Shown here in pieces: positions 20,164-29,568 of a DNA stretch of 64,000 bases; position 1 is the stretch's first letter, and each line of letters opens with the position of its first letter. The translations under genes and the position numbers were made by a program. The notes under the pieces are model-generated. The model was given only the letters and a program-made list of their open reading frames with translations. It searched no databases and had not been told where the DNA came from. This DNA is from Candidatus Aminicenantes bacterium (lineage in GTDB: Bacteria > Acidobacteriota > Aminicenantia > Aminicenantales > Saccharicenantaceae): contig JAPKZD010000018.1 of NCBI GenBank assembly GCA_026393975.1, positions 160,807 through 224,806 of the forward strand, in the 5' to 3' direction.

Positions 20164-22203
20164 CTATTCCGGCTTGAGGGCGGAGCGCAGCTCGCCGCCG
20201 GGGTCTGCGAACCGGAGGTAATAGCCCCAGCCGCCGGCTCCCTGAAGGACCTTGAGCAGCACCTTGTTCCAGCCCTTTTTCAAGCGGACGGAAACCCGGT
20301 CCTGGTCGGGCGCCGCGGCCCGGTAGGCGGGGTTGGTGTGGACGAGCTCGCCGTTGATCCAGACCCGGACCCCGTCGTCGCTGCCGAGGAGAAGCGGCGC
20401 GCCCCTGTCGTCCGGAGAGAACACGTAGACCATGCCATAAACGATGGCCTGCTCGTTGGGCCGGACGCGGTCGTCGAGCCGGACATATCCGCTCTCGTCG
20501 GCCCGGATGGTCCGCCAGCCGACGTCGGCGCCCCCCTTGCCTTTGTAGGCCTTCGCGGGAGCGGTCTCTTTTTCGGGAGGGTAGACCGTCTGCAGGTCGT
20601 CCATGTCGGCGGCGGCAAAGGGTCCGACGAGGTTCCACTCGCGGATGAACCGGCGTGCCGCGGGCTTGAGCCCGAAGCCGACGAAGAAAACATCCGCCCC
20701 CACGGCCCGGCCGTCCTTTCCGGCCGTTTCGAAGACCAGCGCGTTGGGCCCGGGTTCGAGGAGGAGGTCCTTCAGCGTAACGGAGGCGAGTTCTGCCTCG
20801 CCGGCGTAGCCTTCGAAATTCCCGAGGATCTCCGGTCCGCCCGATCCTTTCCCCGGGCGCTCTCTCAGGATGCGGAAATTCCCGGCGCCGGGGGCCTTGA
20901 GGAAATGGAGCTCGACCGCGTAGAGGTCGCGGATTTCGACGGGGAAGCGGAACTCGACCCTCGTCCCTTCGGCCGCCCCGTCGGTCCGGAGGAGGGGATA
21001 GCGGTTCCCGGCGGCGTTGTAGTAAGAGGAGAGGGCCGAGGCGAGCCGGGGCGCGCTCATCCGGAGGCCGGCAGCATGGTCGATGTAGACGCCGGAGAGG
21101 CCCGGCTTCTCCAGTTCCCAATTCGGCAAGACGAAATTTTCCGGAGGCTCGAAGGCGAAAGGAAGTCTTTTCGCGACCGGAGCGAGCGGCGGAACGGGAC
21201 GGTGGGGCTCGGCCTGGTACCAGTAGGCGACCGAGGACAGGAAATCGCTCCGGTCGTTGGCGTGGCCGTGCTCGATCGTCACCCGGATGGATCTCTTGAA
21301 CGGCACGGGGTCCGGGACGTGGAAGCGGTAGACCGCGGCCTTGGATCCGGCTTGGAAGTCCTCCTCCTGGAGGGGGCACCCGTAGAAAAGGCTCTCGCCC
21401 TGCCGCATGCCCCAGGCGTCGGAAAAATAGTCCTCGGAGCCGGTGCCGTGGAGGGACGGCCGGGCCTCGCCGTCGACGAAGATCATGTCGTCGCCCTCTC
21501 CCCACCAGCCCATGGCCCGCTGGAGGACGCTCAGGTTACAGCCTACGTAGTGACCGGTCCCCTCGGCGGCGAGAAGAAGGTAGTTCTGGCCGGCGGCGGG
21601 AGGGAACTCCTGACGGTACTGGGCGTGGAAATACGAGGCCTCTGGGCCGAGCGTTTCGAGCTCGCGATAGTCGATGTAATAGTAGAATGCGTCGACGGGT
21701 CGCGCCCCTTCGTTCGTCGCCGTAACCCGGCAGGATTTACGGAACGGCATGTACCAGTAGCAGTTCCGCGCCCGCCCCTCGGACGAGCAGGCGATGGGGA
21801 GCGACGCGAAGTTTCTGTTCAGGCCGTGGCCGACGCCGAAGAAATCGCCCACCGGGGCTTCGACCGACGGCGTCCGCTCACCGTCCCAATAGATGCGGAG
21901 GACGATCTTCCGGCCGTAGAACGGTTCGGCTGCGATCGTCACCCAGATGTGGTCGATGGCCGCGGGGCCCTGGATCTCGGCCAGAACGGCGGTCTTCCCC
22001 GGTTCGATAACGATCGAATCCCGGTTGCCGCCGCTCTGGTCGTAGGACGAAACCCGGCCGCTCCGGTAATCCTGTTTCTCGCCGAGGTTCCTGAGGATGT
22101 CCTGTCCGGCCAGGACCGTCGAGGCCAGCAGAACGAGGACGGCGGCGGCGGCGAGCCGGGTTCTTTCGCGTCGGGGCGGGTCGTTCGGCGGGAGAATGGG
22201 CAT
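20164..22203 (-). CDS. DUF2961 / glycoside hydrolase family 172-like protein with a C-terminal PA14-like extension; secreted.
   Basis: Motifs SYDQSGGNRD, GEGDDMIFVDGE and HGTGSEDYF are characteristic of DUF2961 (GH172). N-terminal signal/TM segment. Confidence 0.75.
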   Translation of the reverse strand: MPILPPNDPPRRERTRLAAAAVLVLLASTVLAGQDILRNLGEKQDYRSGRVSSYDQSGGNRDSIVIEPGKTAVLAEIQGPAAIDHIWVTIAAEPFYGRKIVLRIYWDGERTPSVEAPVGDFFGVGHGLNRNFASLPIACSSEGRARNCYWYMPFRKSCRVTATNEGARPVDAFYYYIDYRELETLGPEASYFHAQYRQEFPPAAGQNYLLLAAEGTGHYVGCNLSVLQRAMGWWGEGDDMIFVDGEARPSLHGTGSEDYFSDAWGMRQGESLFYGCPLQEEDFQAGSKAAVYRFHVPDPVPFKRSIRVTIEHGHANDRSDFLSSVAYWYQAEPHRPVPPLAPVAKRLPFAFEPPENFVLPNWELEKPGLSGVYIDHAAGLRMSAPRLASALSSYYNAAGNRYPLLRTDGAAEGTRVEFRFPVEIRDLYAVELHFLKAPGAGNFRILRERPGKGSGGPEILGNFEGYAGEAELASVTLKDLLLEPGPNALVFETAGKDGRAVGADVFFVGFGLKPAARRFIREWNLVGPFAAADMDDLQTVYPPEKETAPAKAYKGKGGADVGWRTIRADESGYVRLDDRVRPNEQAIVYGMVYVFSPDDRGAPLLLGSDDGVRVWINGELVHTNPAYRAAAPDQDRVSVRLKKGWNKVLLKVLQGAGGWGYYLRFADPGGELRSALKPE

Positions 22204-22237
22204 GTTCGGGACCTCCTTCGCAGGACTTTGCCGCGAT

Positions 22238-22726
22238 CTATCGCGCGGGGCGGCCCTTTTTCCGGAGCCACCCCGTCCGGATCCGCGATTTCCGGTCCCG
22301 GGTCGTGTAGGGCTTGAGGTCGAGGACCGGCGTCCTGTCGACGAGGTCGAGGCCGGAAACTTCGAGGACCCGGCCGTCTCTCCCGAGCAGTTTGACGACG
22401 GTCATGCCCAAAGGATTCGGCCGATGCGGCGAACGGGTCGAGAATATCCCCCGCGGCCCGGACTCGCCCGGCGGAACGGTCTTGAGCTTGAAACCCGTGG
22501 AGCGGTGGAAATGGAAAAGGACGATGACGTGTGAAAAGCCCTCGAGGTCGTCGAGGCCGTCTGCGAATTCGGGGAAGACCTCGATCCGGCCGGCGACGCG
22601 TTCAAGGAAGCGGGGCGGGGCGAAGGCCGGCGGCGGCAAGTCGGCCGGCTCCTTGAAACGCGACCTGACGACCCCCACCGGCCGGAGCCGGACGGCGGCC
22701 GTCAACCGTTGACGTACGTCAGCCAT
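22238..22726 (-). CDS. trmO: tRNA (N6-threonylcarbamoyladenosine(37)-N6)-methyltransferase TrmO (TsaA/YaeB family).
   Basis: TsaA-like motifs GVVRS, SHVIVLFHFH, RPNPLGMTVVKL. Confidence 0.75.
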   Translation of the reverse strand: MADVRQRLTAAVRLRPVGVVRSRFKEPADLPPPAFAPPRFLERVAGRIEVFPEFADGLDDLEGFSHVIVLFHFHRSTGFKLKTVPPGESGPRGIFSTRSPHRPNPLGMTVVKLLGRDGRVLEVSGLDLVDRTPVLDLKPYTTRDRKSRIRTGWLRKKGRPAR

Positions 22727-23667
22727 TTCTCATAGCGGGGGGAGCGGCCGGTCACGGCCTCCTTGTAGGCCCCGACCATCCTCAGCGCGATTGGCCCCGG
22801 CAGGCCCTCGCCGACGGTGTTCTTTTTTCTCGGGCCGGCCGGGTCGGACCCGTCCGTGACGGAGATGATGGGGATGACTTCGGACGCCGTCCCGCAGAAA
22901 AAGGCCTCGTCGGCCCCGAAGAGGTCCTCCTTGGTGATGGGCCCGACGACCGTCTTGAACCCGAGGTCGCGGGCGATCTCGAGGAGACTCGTCCGGGTGA
23001 TCCCTTCGAGGGCGGATTCCTTCCGGTCGTTGGTCACGAGCGTCCCGTCCTTGACGATGTAGATGTTCTGGCCGGGCCCTTCGGCGACGCGGCCCTCGAA
23101 GTTCAGGAAGACGGCCTCGTCGAAGCCCTCCTCGCGGGCCTCGAGGCCGCAAATCGTCGACTGGACGTAGACGCCGCCGAGCTTGGCGGACATGTTGAAC
23201 TGGGTGTGGTGGACACGGCGCCAGGGGACGATAAAAGTGTTGATGCCGCGGGCCGCGTTCTCGCCGAGATAGGCGCCCCATTCCCAGGCGCTGATGGCCA
23301 GCTCCACCGGGCAGGCCTTGGGCACGAGCCCGAGGTTGCCGTAGGAGAAGAAAAGCAGGGGCCGGATATAACAGCTCTCGAGCTTGTTCTCGCGGACGGT
23401 CAGCTTGATGAAGTCGGTGATCTCGTCCTTGTTGTAGGGAGACTTCATCTTGGCCGCGCCCGCCGACAGGAGGAGCCGGTCGACATGCTCCGGCAAGCGG
23501 AAGATCGCGGGTCCCCGCGCCGTGCTGTAGGCTCGGATCCCTTCGAAGACCGACGTTCCGTAGTGAAGGGCGTGCATCATGGGGTGGCAGCCCGCCTCGG
23601 ACCAGTCGAGGAGCTTCCCCATGTACCAGTATTTCTCGGCCTTGGGAAAATGGGTGTTAAGAAACAT
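22702..23667 (-). CDS. ilvE: Branched-chain amino acid aminotransferase.
   Basis: Class IV aminotransferase motifs HYGTSVFEGIRAY, EVFFCGTASEV and the catalytic Lys region. Overlaps trmO by 25 nt. Confidence 0.85.
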   Translation of the reverse strand: MFLNTHFPKAEKYWYMGKLLDWSEAGCHPMMHALHYGTSVFEGIRAYSTARGPAIFRLPEHVDRLLLSAGAAKMKSPYNKDEITDFIKLTVRENKLESCYIRPLLFFSYGNLGLVPKACPVELAISAWEWGAYLGENAARGINTFIVPWRRVHHTQFNMSAKLGGVYVQSTICGLEAREEGFDEAVFLNFEGRVAEGPGQNIYIVKDGTLVTNDRKESALEGITRTSLLEIARDLGFKTVVGPITKEDLFGADEAFFCGTASEVIPIISVTDGSDPAGPRKKNTVGEGLPGPIALRMVGAYKEAVTGRSPRYEKWLTYVNG

Positions 23668-23817
23668 GGACGACTCCTTTACGGAATACGGGAGGATAGA
23701 TTGTGGGAATTATCAGGCATAGAGAACCGGCCAGTCCGGAGAGAGCCAGTTCGTGCTTGCAGAAGACACTACCTCGCAGAAAATCCATGCTATCACAGCC
23801 GAACGGCCCGAGTAAAG

Positions 23818-24753
23818 CTAGCCGCGGGCCCGGGCGAAGTACGTTTTTCCCTCGTAAACGGCCTTCCGAACTTTCCGCCGGCCGCGGAGCGAGGAAAGGG
23901 CCTTGAGGACTTCGTCCCGGTGACGGCCCAGGGAGAGAGAAATATCCTCGGCGGTCATGGGCCTGCGCCCGACCGCGGTCAGGAGGGCCGTTTCGAAGTC
24001 GCCGGCGGCCGGCGCCTGCTTCCGCTTTTCGAACGAGGCGATGATTTCCGCCCGGGGGCCGAGGGCATCGCGGATCTTTCCCATCGCTCCGGGGCTCAAC
24101 GGCTTTGCTTCGACGTCGGCGGGCGGCCGGACGACCGTGTTCAACTGGATGCGCTCCGGGCGGATCCTATCCGCGGCCGCCCTGAGGGCTTTTATGTGGG
24201 CCGGAGAATCGTTGACGCCCCTGATGAGCATGATTTCCAGCCAGATCTCGCCCCGGAATCCTTCGCGGAAGCGGGCCAGGCCGTCGATGATCTTTTCGGG
24301 ATCGAGAGCCCGGTTGGGCCGGTTGACGCGGCGGAACAAGTTCCCGGAAACGGCGTCGAGCGAGGGCACGACGATGTCGGCGTCGGCGAGGTCCCGCCGC
24401 ACCTCTTTCCGGGTGAGCAGGGTTCCGTTGGTCAGGACGACGACGGGGATCCGGGTCATCTTCTTGATGGCCCGGATAATGCGGCCGATGTCTCGGTTGA
24501 GGGTCGGTTCGCCCGAGCCGGAGAAGGTGATGACGTCGATCTTCTGCCCCGACTCCACGGCCTCCTTGACCTGAGCCAGGATCTCCCCGGGCGGAAACCA
24601 GCTCCCCCGCCGGCAGACGGTTTTCCGCGTCGACCCGAGCTGGCAGTACGTGCAGTCCAGGGTGCAGGTCTTGAAGGGGATGATGTCCACGCCCAGGGAG
24701 AAGCCCAGGCGCCGCGAGGGCACGGGGCCGTAGACATGGCGACGGCCGTCCAT
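23818..24753 (-). CDS. Radical SAM enzyme (CxxxCxxC, no SPASM domain) with a C-terminal winged-helix-like tail.
   Basis: Start [38 protein letters not shown] (CX3CX2C), and GSGEPTL. Its ATG overlaps the stop of the upstream small ORF (ATGA). Confidence 0.75.
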   Translation of the reverse strand: MDGRRHVYGPVPSRRLGFSLGVDIIPFKTCTLDCTYCQLGSTRKTVCRRGSWFPPGEILAQVKEAVESGQKIDVITFSGSGEPTLNRDIGRIIRAIKKMTRIPVVVLTNGTLLTRKEVRRDLADADIVVPSLDAVSGNLFRRVNRPNRALDPEKIIDGLARFREGFRGEIWLEIMLIRGVNDSPAHIKALRAAADRIRPERIQLNTVVRPPADVEAKPLSPGAMGKIRDALGPRAEIIASFEKRKQAPAAGDFETALLTAVGRRPMTAEDISLSLGRHRDEVLKALSSLRGRRKVRKAVYEGKTYFARARG

Positions 24754-24956
24754 CAAGCCTTGCCCTTGTAGATCTCGATGAACTTCCGGAGGGACCGGTC
24801 GTAGGTCTTCTCTACGGCATCGGGGAACAGGCAGGCCGGGAGCTCCCCGAGACTCCAGTGGTAGGCCAGGCAATCGCAGCAGAGCCCTTTCCGGCTGCAG
24901 GGCTCCCAGCTGCAGTTGCACCGGGCCTTGTTTTTCGCGCTCTTGCATTCACTCAT
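24753..24956 (-). CDS. Small Cys-rich protein (67 aa, 8 Cys) of unknown function, translationally coupled to the radical SAM gene.
   Basis: [47 protein letters not shown]... The stop overlaps the downstream rSAM start (ATGA). Clustered Cys (CxC, CC.C) suggest metal binding. Confidence 0.5.
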   Translation of the reverse strand: MSECKSAKNKARCNCSWEPCSRKGLCCDCLAYHWSLGELPACLFPDAVEKTYDRSLRKFIEIYKGKA

Positions 24957-25112
24957 GCGTCGCTCTTTTGTATAAGGAGTATAGCTCTCCTTTTATTATA
25001 GGATTTCCCTGCCTATAAAGAAACCGCCCCTGCACGAAAGCCGTGGCCGCCGTTGTCGAGGCCGCGGCTTTCGTGTATCATAGCCATCTTCAAGAGGTTA
25101 GTGAGGAGTCCC

Positions 25113-25511
25113 ATGCCCCGATACACGGACCGGGAGGCCAAGGCCGGCCTCCAGGCGAAACTGCCTCCCCTCGAGACCTTCCCTAATCAGTTCCCGGACT
25201 ACGAGATCGCCATCGAGTTCCCGGAATTCACCTCGGTCTGCCCCAAGACGGGCTTGCCCGACTTCGGGACGATCTTCCTCCGCTATGTCCCCGACAAGAG
25301 AGTCCTCGAGCTCAAGTCCCTGAAAGAGTATTTCCTAGCCTACCGCAACCTGGGCATTTTCTATGAAAACGTTGTCAACCGCGTCCTCGAGGACATTGTC
25401 CGCGCCTGCCGCCCGTCGAGCGCTGTCGTCAGGGGCGAGTTCAACCCGCGCGGCGGACTCCGGTCGGTCGTCGAGGCCTGCTACCCACGTCCGCGCCGGC
25501 GGCGGGGCTGA
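25113..25511 (+). CDS. queF: NADPH-dependent 7-cyano-7-deazaguanine (preQ0) reductase.
   Basis: Type I QueF motifs EFTSVCPKTGLPDFGT (catalytic Cys), LKSLKEYFLAYRN and the trailing E of the QueF signature. Start MPRYTDRE. Confidence 0.85.
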   Translation: MPRYTDREAKAGLQAKLPPLETFPNQFPDYEIAIEFPEFTSVCPKTGLPDFGTIFLRYVPDKRVLELKSLKEYFLAYRNLGIFYENVVNRVLEDIVRACRPSSAVVRGEFNPRGGLRSVVEACYPRPRRRRG

Positions 25512-25554
25512 GGCCGTTCACTCTTTCGAACGAGGCATCCGCTTGTCAAAATCC

Positions 25555-26514
25555 ATGATCCGTCCTCTGACGAACGGTCCGCGTATAGGCGGGACGGATC
25601 TGCTGATGCTGATGACCGTCCTCATCTGGGCCGGCAACATATCGGTGGTCAAGATCGGCCTGCGCACGCTCTCTCCCCACGGCTTCAACGCTATCCGGCT
25701 CAGCCTGGGCGCGATCGCCTACCTCATCGCTCTCGCGGCGAGCCCGGAGAAGTTCAAGCTGGGGCGGAAGGGGGACGTCTGGAAAGCGGGCGGGCTGGGG
25801 CTGTTGGGGATGACGGCCTATCAGATCTTCTTCATCCAGGCCATCGCCCGGATGGACGCGTCGGCTGCCTCGGTCGTCATGGGGACAAGCCCCCTCTTCA
25901 TCGCCCTCCTGGCCACCGTGGCCGGGAAGGAGAGGATCTCTCCCGCCGGCTGGGTCGGTATCGCCATCTCCGCGGCCGGCATCCTTCTCGTCGTTTCCGG
26001 GCAGAACGGGGGGATCGTCCTCAGCTGGAAGGCCATGGGCGGGGCCGTCCTGATCATGCTGGCCAACCTCTGCTGGGCAGGATACACGGTTTTCTCCAGG
26101 CCGGTCCTAGAACGGAATTCTCCATTCCGGCTGGCGGCCATGAGCGCCATCCTGGGGACCCTGGCCTATCTGCCCTTCGCGGCGCGAGATGTGGCCGCAG
26201 TCGATTGGGCGGGCATCCGCTGGCAGGGCTGGGCGGCCATCCTGTACTCGGGGATCCTGTCCATCTTCGTCGGCTACACTATCTGGTACAAGTCCGTGCA
26301 CGAGGTCGGGAGCGCCAAGACGGGCGTCTACAGCAACCTGACTCCCGTCCTGGCCATCCTCATCGCCGCCGCCGTGCTCGGCGAGCGGCTGACCGGCCTC
26401 CAGGCGGCCGGCGCGGCCATCACCTTGACCGGGGTCTATCTGACGCGGTCGGGCTACCGCTTCTTTGAGCGAAAGAGCGCCGGACGCGATGCGGGCCCCG
26501 CGGCGTCCGCCTAG
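25555..26514 (+). CDS. EamA/DMT-family transporter (10-TM).
   Basis: Duplicated EamA domain pattern and a highly hydrophobic polytopic sequence. Sits between queF and queE. Confidence 0.7.
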   Translation: MIRPLTNGPRIGGTDLLMLMTVLIWAGNISVVKIGLRTLSPHGFNAIRLSLGAIAYLIALAASPEKFKLGRKGDVWKAGGLGLLGMTAYQIFFIQAIARMDASAASVVMGTSPLFIALLATVAGKERISPAGWVGIAISAAGILLVVSGQNGGIVLSWKAMGGAVLIMLANLCWAGYTVFSRPVLERNSPFRLAAMSAILGTLAYLPFAARDVAAVDWAGIRWQGWAAILYSGILSIFVGYTIWYKSVHEVGSAKTGVYSNLTPVLAILIAAAVLGERLTGLQAAGAAITLTGVYLTRSGYRFFERKSAGRDAGPAASA

Positions 26515-27140
26515 CGCAGTCCGTAAACCTTGTGAAGCTGGACGGACAGGCGGATCCCGGTGAGGCCCGACCGGCCGGCGGCTTCGAGGACTTTCAGCGC
26601 TTTCTTCCGGCTCCACGGAGCGTTCGACTGGGGTTGGAGGATGATGGGCGTGGCCGGGGGGAATATCGTCCTCATGGTCCTGACCGCGTCGAGCGTCAGA
26701 GCGCGGCAGACGACGAGCTTCACTTCGCGCGCCCTCTTCGGGAATCCGGGGTGGACATCGTAGTCGGGCGGCTTGGGCGACACCGTCAGCCAGTCCGCCC
26801 CCGGCTCGGGGGGGAACGTCCCGTTCGTCTCGACCTGGACCAGGAGTCGTTCTTCGTGGAGGCGCCGCACGAGAGGGTGGACGTCCTGGGCCAGGGGCTC
26901 GCCCCCGGTCAGGCAAACCCAAGCCGCCGGAAAGCCGCGCCGGAGCCGGAGGACTTCTTCCACGATCTTTTCGACCGGCGTCTCCCGGCCGCCCCGCCAG
27001 GCTTTCTTCGTGTCGCAAAAACCGCAACGGCGGTTGCAGCCGGAGAGACGGACGAAGATCGTCGGCTCACCCTGGCGCAGGCCTTCGCCCTGAACCGAGG
27101 CGAAGATCTCAATCGTCTTCAGCGTAGGTAGCCGACGCAT
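26511..27140 (-). CDS. queE: 7-carboxy-7-deazaguanine synthase (radical SAM).
   Basis: QueE motifs FASVQGEG, IFVRLSGCNRRCGFCDT and CLTGGEPL. Confidence 0.85.
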   Translation of the reverse strand: MRRLPTLKTIEIFASVQGEGLRQGEPTIFVRLSGCNRRCGFCDTKKAWRGGRETPVEKIVEEVLRLRRGFPAAWVCLTGGEPLAQDVHPLVRRLHEERLLVQVETNGTFPPEPGADWLTVSPKPPDYDVHPGFPKRAREVKLVVCRALTLDAVRTMRTIFPPATPIILQPQSNAPWSRKKALKVLEAAGRSGLTGIRLSVQLHKVYGLR

Positions 27141-27456
27141 CCTCGGATTCCCAGACCGTCACCGACTTGACCGGGTACGTTTTCTTGAGTTCGCCGTAGA
27201 GATGGCGGGCGATGTTCTCCGCCGATGGATTGAAAGGGAAGACCTCGTTGAGGAGGGTGTGGTCGGGCAGGGCCGCGGCCAGAACCCTCTTGACCTCGGT
27301 GAAGTCGAACCCGATGCCGGTCCGGTCGAGTTCGCGGACGGTAATCTCGACCTCGACCTGGAATGTGTGGCCGTGGACCTTTTCGCACTTGCCCTTGTAT
27401 TCCTTGAGATAGTGGGCGGCCGAGAACTTGTCCCGGACCTTGAGTGTCCAGCTCAT
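27109..27456 (-). CDS. queD: 6-carboxy-5,6,7,8-tetrahydropterin synthase.
   Basis: PTPS family motifs FSAAHYL, CEKVHGHTF (CxxxHGH zinc site). Internal start MSWTLKV. Overlaps the queE 3' end. Confidence 0.85.
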   Translation of the reverse strand: MSWTLKVRDKFSAAHYLKEYKGKCEKVHGHTFQVEVEITVRELDRTGIGFDFTEVKRVLAAALPDHTLLNEVFPFNPSAENIARHLYGELKKTYPVKSVTVWESEDASATYAEDD

Positions 27457-28148
27457 CGTTGACCTTCCTTTCGAAGACGGACGAGGAGAGGGTCCTCGCG
27501 GCCGAGGGCCTTCCAGGCCCTGGCGCGAAGCCGGCAGGACGAACATGTCCCGCAGGGACGCTCCCCTCCGGCGTAACACGAGACGGAATGGGAATAGTCG
27601 GCGCCGAGGGCGAGGCCGCTCCGGATGATGTTCGCTTTGCTCAGTCCGAGGAGAGGCGCGATGATCCTCGTCTTCGGACCGCCGAAAGCGGCCTTCGTTC
27701 CCTCGTGGATGGCCCTTTCCATGGCCTTGACGAAACGCGGCGTAGTATCCGGATAGTCGGGGGAGTCGGCGACGTGGAAGCCGCAGACGAGGTCCCGGAC
27801 GCCGCGCGCTTCCGCCCAGGCGGCGGCCAGGGCGAGGAAGATGCCGTTACGGAACGGGACGTAGGTTGCGGGAGGGCCGGGCGCCTTTTTCGGCGGCCGG
27901 ACGGAGCGGGGGAGAGGGATGGCCGGGTCGGTCAGCGCCGAACCGCCGATCTGCCGCAGGTCGACCTTGAGGACGGTGTGCGCGACTCCCCGCTTGCGGG
28001 CGGCCTTCCGGGCGAGCGCGACCTCGACGCGGTGCCGCTGGCCGTAGTCGAAGGTCAGGGCGTGGACCCGGTCATAGCGGGAGAGGGCCCAGGCGAGGGC
28101 CGTGGTCGAATCGAGCCCGCCCGAAAAAAGCACTACGCAGGATGTCAC
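27453..28148 (-). CDS. queC: 7-cyano-7-deazaguanine synthase.
   Basis: QueC motifs VVLFSGGLDSTT, ALTFDYGQRH and the C-terminal zinc-cysteine cluster CGTCSSC. Likely GTG start at 28148 with a GGAGGAAAG RBS; the upstream in-frame extension in the ORF track is probably not translated. Confidence 0.85.
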   Translation of the reverse strand: MTSCVVLFSGGLDSTTALAWALSRYDRVHALTFDYGQRHRVEVALARKAARKRGVAHTVLKVDLRQIGGSALTDPAIPLPRSVRPPKKAPGPPATYVPFRNGIFLALAAAWAEARGVRDLVCGFHVADSPDYPDTTPRFVKAMERAIHEGTKAAFGGPKTRIIAPLLGLSKANIIRSGLALGADYSHSVSCYAGGERPCGTCSSCRLRARAWKALGREDPLLVRLRKEGQR

Positions 28149-28693
28149 CGCGACTTTCCTCCGACCACGATAATAATCGAGCCGGACCGGATTTTCAATA
28201 CGACCGCAACTATATGCGCCGCTCTGTCGACTGCGGAGTGGCCTCGGGCATCGTCTCCGTCCGCTGCGGTGATTCTTAACGCCTTCCCGGTCCGGATCCG
28301 GGGACATGTACCGGAGATACGCTCACTGCCGTACCTCCGGTGCGTGTCCCCCCTTCTTTCAGCCAGATCCTCTATTAAGATATTTCCTAAAAACGCGACT
28401 CCGAGTTGCTCCGTCGCGCTTTTATCGGTCGCTTCTAAGAATTCGCTCCCTGCCGCTCCCTCCGACGATACCCCTCGGCCCCTTATCCCGCAGCCTCCTC
28501 TGTGGATACCCTGCGCGGTTTGCGTGGGCTCGCTGAGGCGAGGGGTGGTGCTCCCGCCCGGAGCCGCTGATGCCGGTGAGATCTTTAGAGCGGTGAGGAC
28601 GGATGGAGGTGACACCGAGAGAGGAACCGCCCCTCGCGGCTGCCGTGCGGTTGACACCCCCGGGTCGGGATGGTATATCTTGAAATTCGAGCA

Positions 28694-29530
28694 ATGGCCG
28701 AACATCCGATCGAAAAGGGCATCGCCGATGTCGTCAGGACATACGAGCTCCTCGACCGTGTCCGCATGCGGCAGGACCTCGTCATCCGCGACGACCAGTT
28801 CGACTACGAACCCCTGCTCGACGCGGCGAAGTACGCCCGCAGGCGGCGGATCCGCCTGAGTGTTTTGGACACGGGCCGGTTCGGCCTGAACGAGCTTGAA
28901 GCGCTCGGCCGCGAAGGCGCCCGGGTCCTGACGTCGGACGAGGCCCGGCCGCGGGCCGACGAGTGGGCGATCCTCCTTGAAGCCTGCCGGGCTTCGAGGA
29001 CGTACCTGTCGGTCTTCTGGAACGGTCCTCTCCCGGCTGCGGACGGAAGCTCCGGCATCTCCCGCCAGGCCCTCGAGGGCCTTCTCGGGCACGGGATGGA
29101 TTTCCATGTCTCGAACCTGAACGTGCGGCGCGATCCCGTACTCCTGGCCGAGCTCGCGGCCGTGTCCAAGTCCGGCCGAGGCTATTTCGTCTATTACCAC
29201 CATGGACCGATCGTGGCGGAACTGTCCATGCCGGCGAGCCGGGGTGCTTGGGTCCATCTGACCGACAGCGGCTCCGCGGAGGAGGCGTGGGCCGGGCTTG
29301 CTGTCGGGGTCGCCTGCGCTGGCGCGGCGGCCGGAGCCCGGGCCGTCGTCCGCGTCGAGCGCGGCCTGCCGCTCGAACTCCTGGAGGAGCTCTGGACCGC
29401 GGGAGCCGCGCTCCTCTTCCTGACGCCGCCGAGCGACGACCGGTCCCTGCTGCGTCCGGTCGAGACGCGCGCGGCGAGACGAAAGATCCCGGCGCGCGCC
29501 TTCCATCTGTCCACGGCTTTCCTTCCCTGA
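28694..29530 (+). CDS. Hypothetical protein with no recognisable domain.
   Basis: ORF of 278 aa from MAEHPIEKG. Candidate promoter TTGACA-N17-TATATC at about 28653..28681. Codon usage is consistent with the rest of the window. Confidence 0.45.
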   Translation: MAEHPIEKGIADVVRTYELLDRVRMRQDLVIRDDQFDYEPLLDAAKYARRRRIRLSVLDTGRFGLNELEALGREGARVLTSDEARPRADEWAILLEACRASRTYLSVFWNGPLPAADGSSGISRQALEGLLGHGMDFHVSNLNVRRDPVLLAELAAVSKSGRGYFVYYHHGPIVAELSMPASRGAWVHLTDSGSAEEAWAGLAVGVACAGAAAGARAVVRVERGLPLELLEELWTAGAALLFLTPPSDDRSLLRPVETRAARRKIPARAFHLSTAFLP

Positions 29531-29568
29531 CTTGAAAAAACCGGCTCTTCCGCTACAATACGAATCTC

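Noticed and set aside
24753-24956. Cys-rich peptide as a RiPP precursor (SCIFF/ranthipeptide-type) for the adjacent radical SAM enzyme.
   Set aside because: The radical SAM protein is only about 312 aa and lacks a SPASM/twitch auxiliary-cluster domain and a RiPP recognition element. The peptide does not show the characteristic C-terminal Cys-rich core following a leader.
28149-28330. PreQ1 riboswitch in the queC leader.
   Set aside because: I could not find the conserved preQ1-I hairpin plus A-rich tail (for example ...CCC..UAUAAAAAACUAA) or preQ1-II/III cores by eye. This is kept as an open question under findings, not as a feature.
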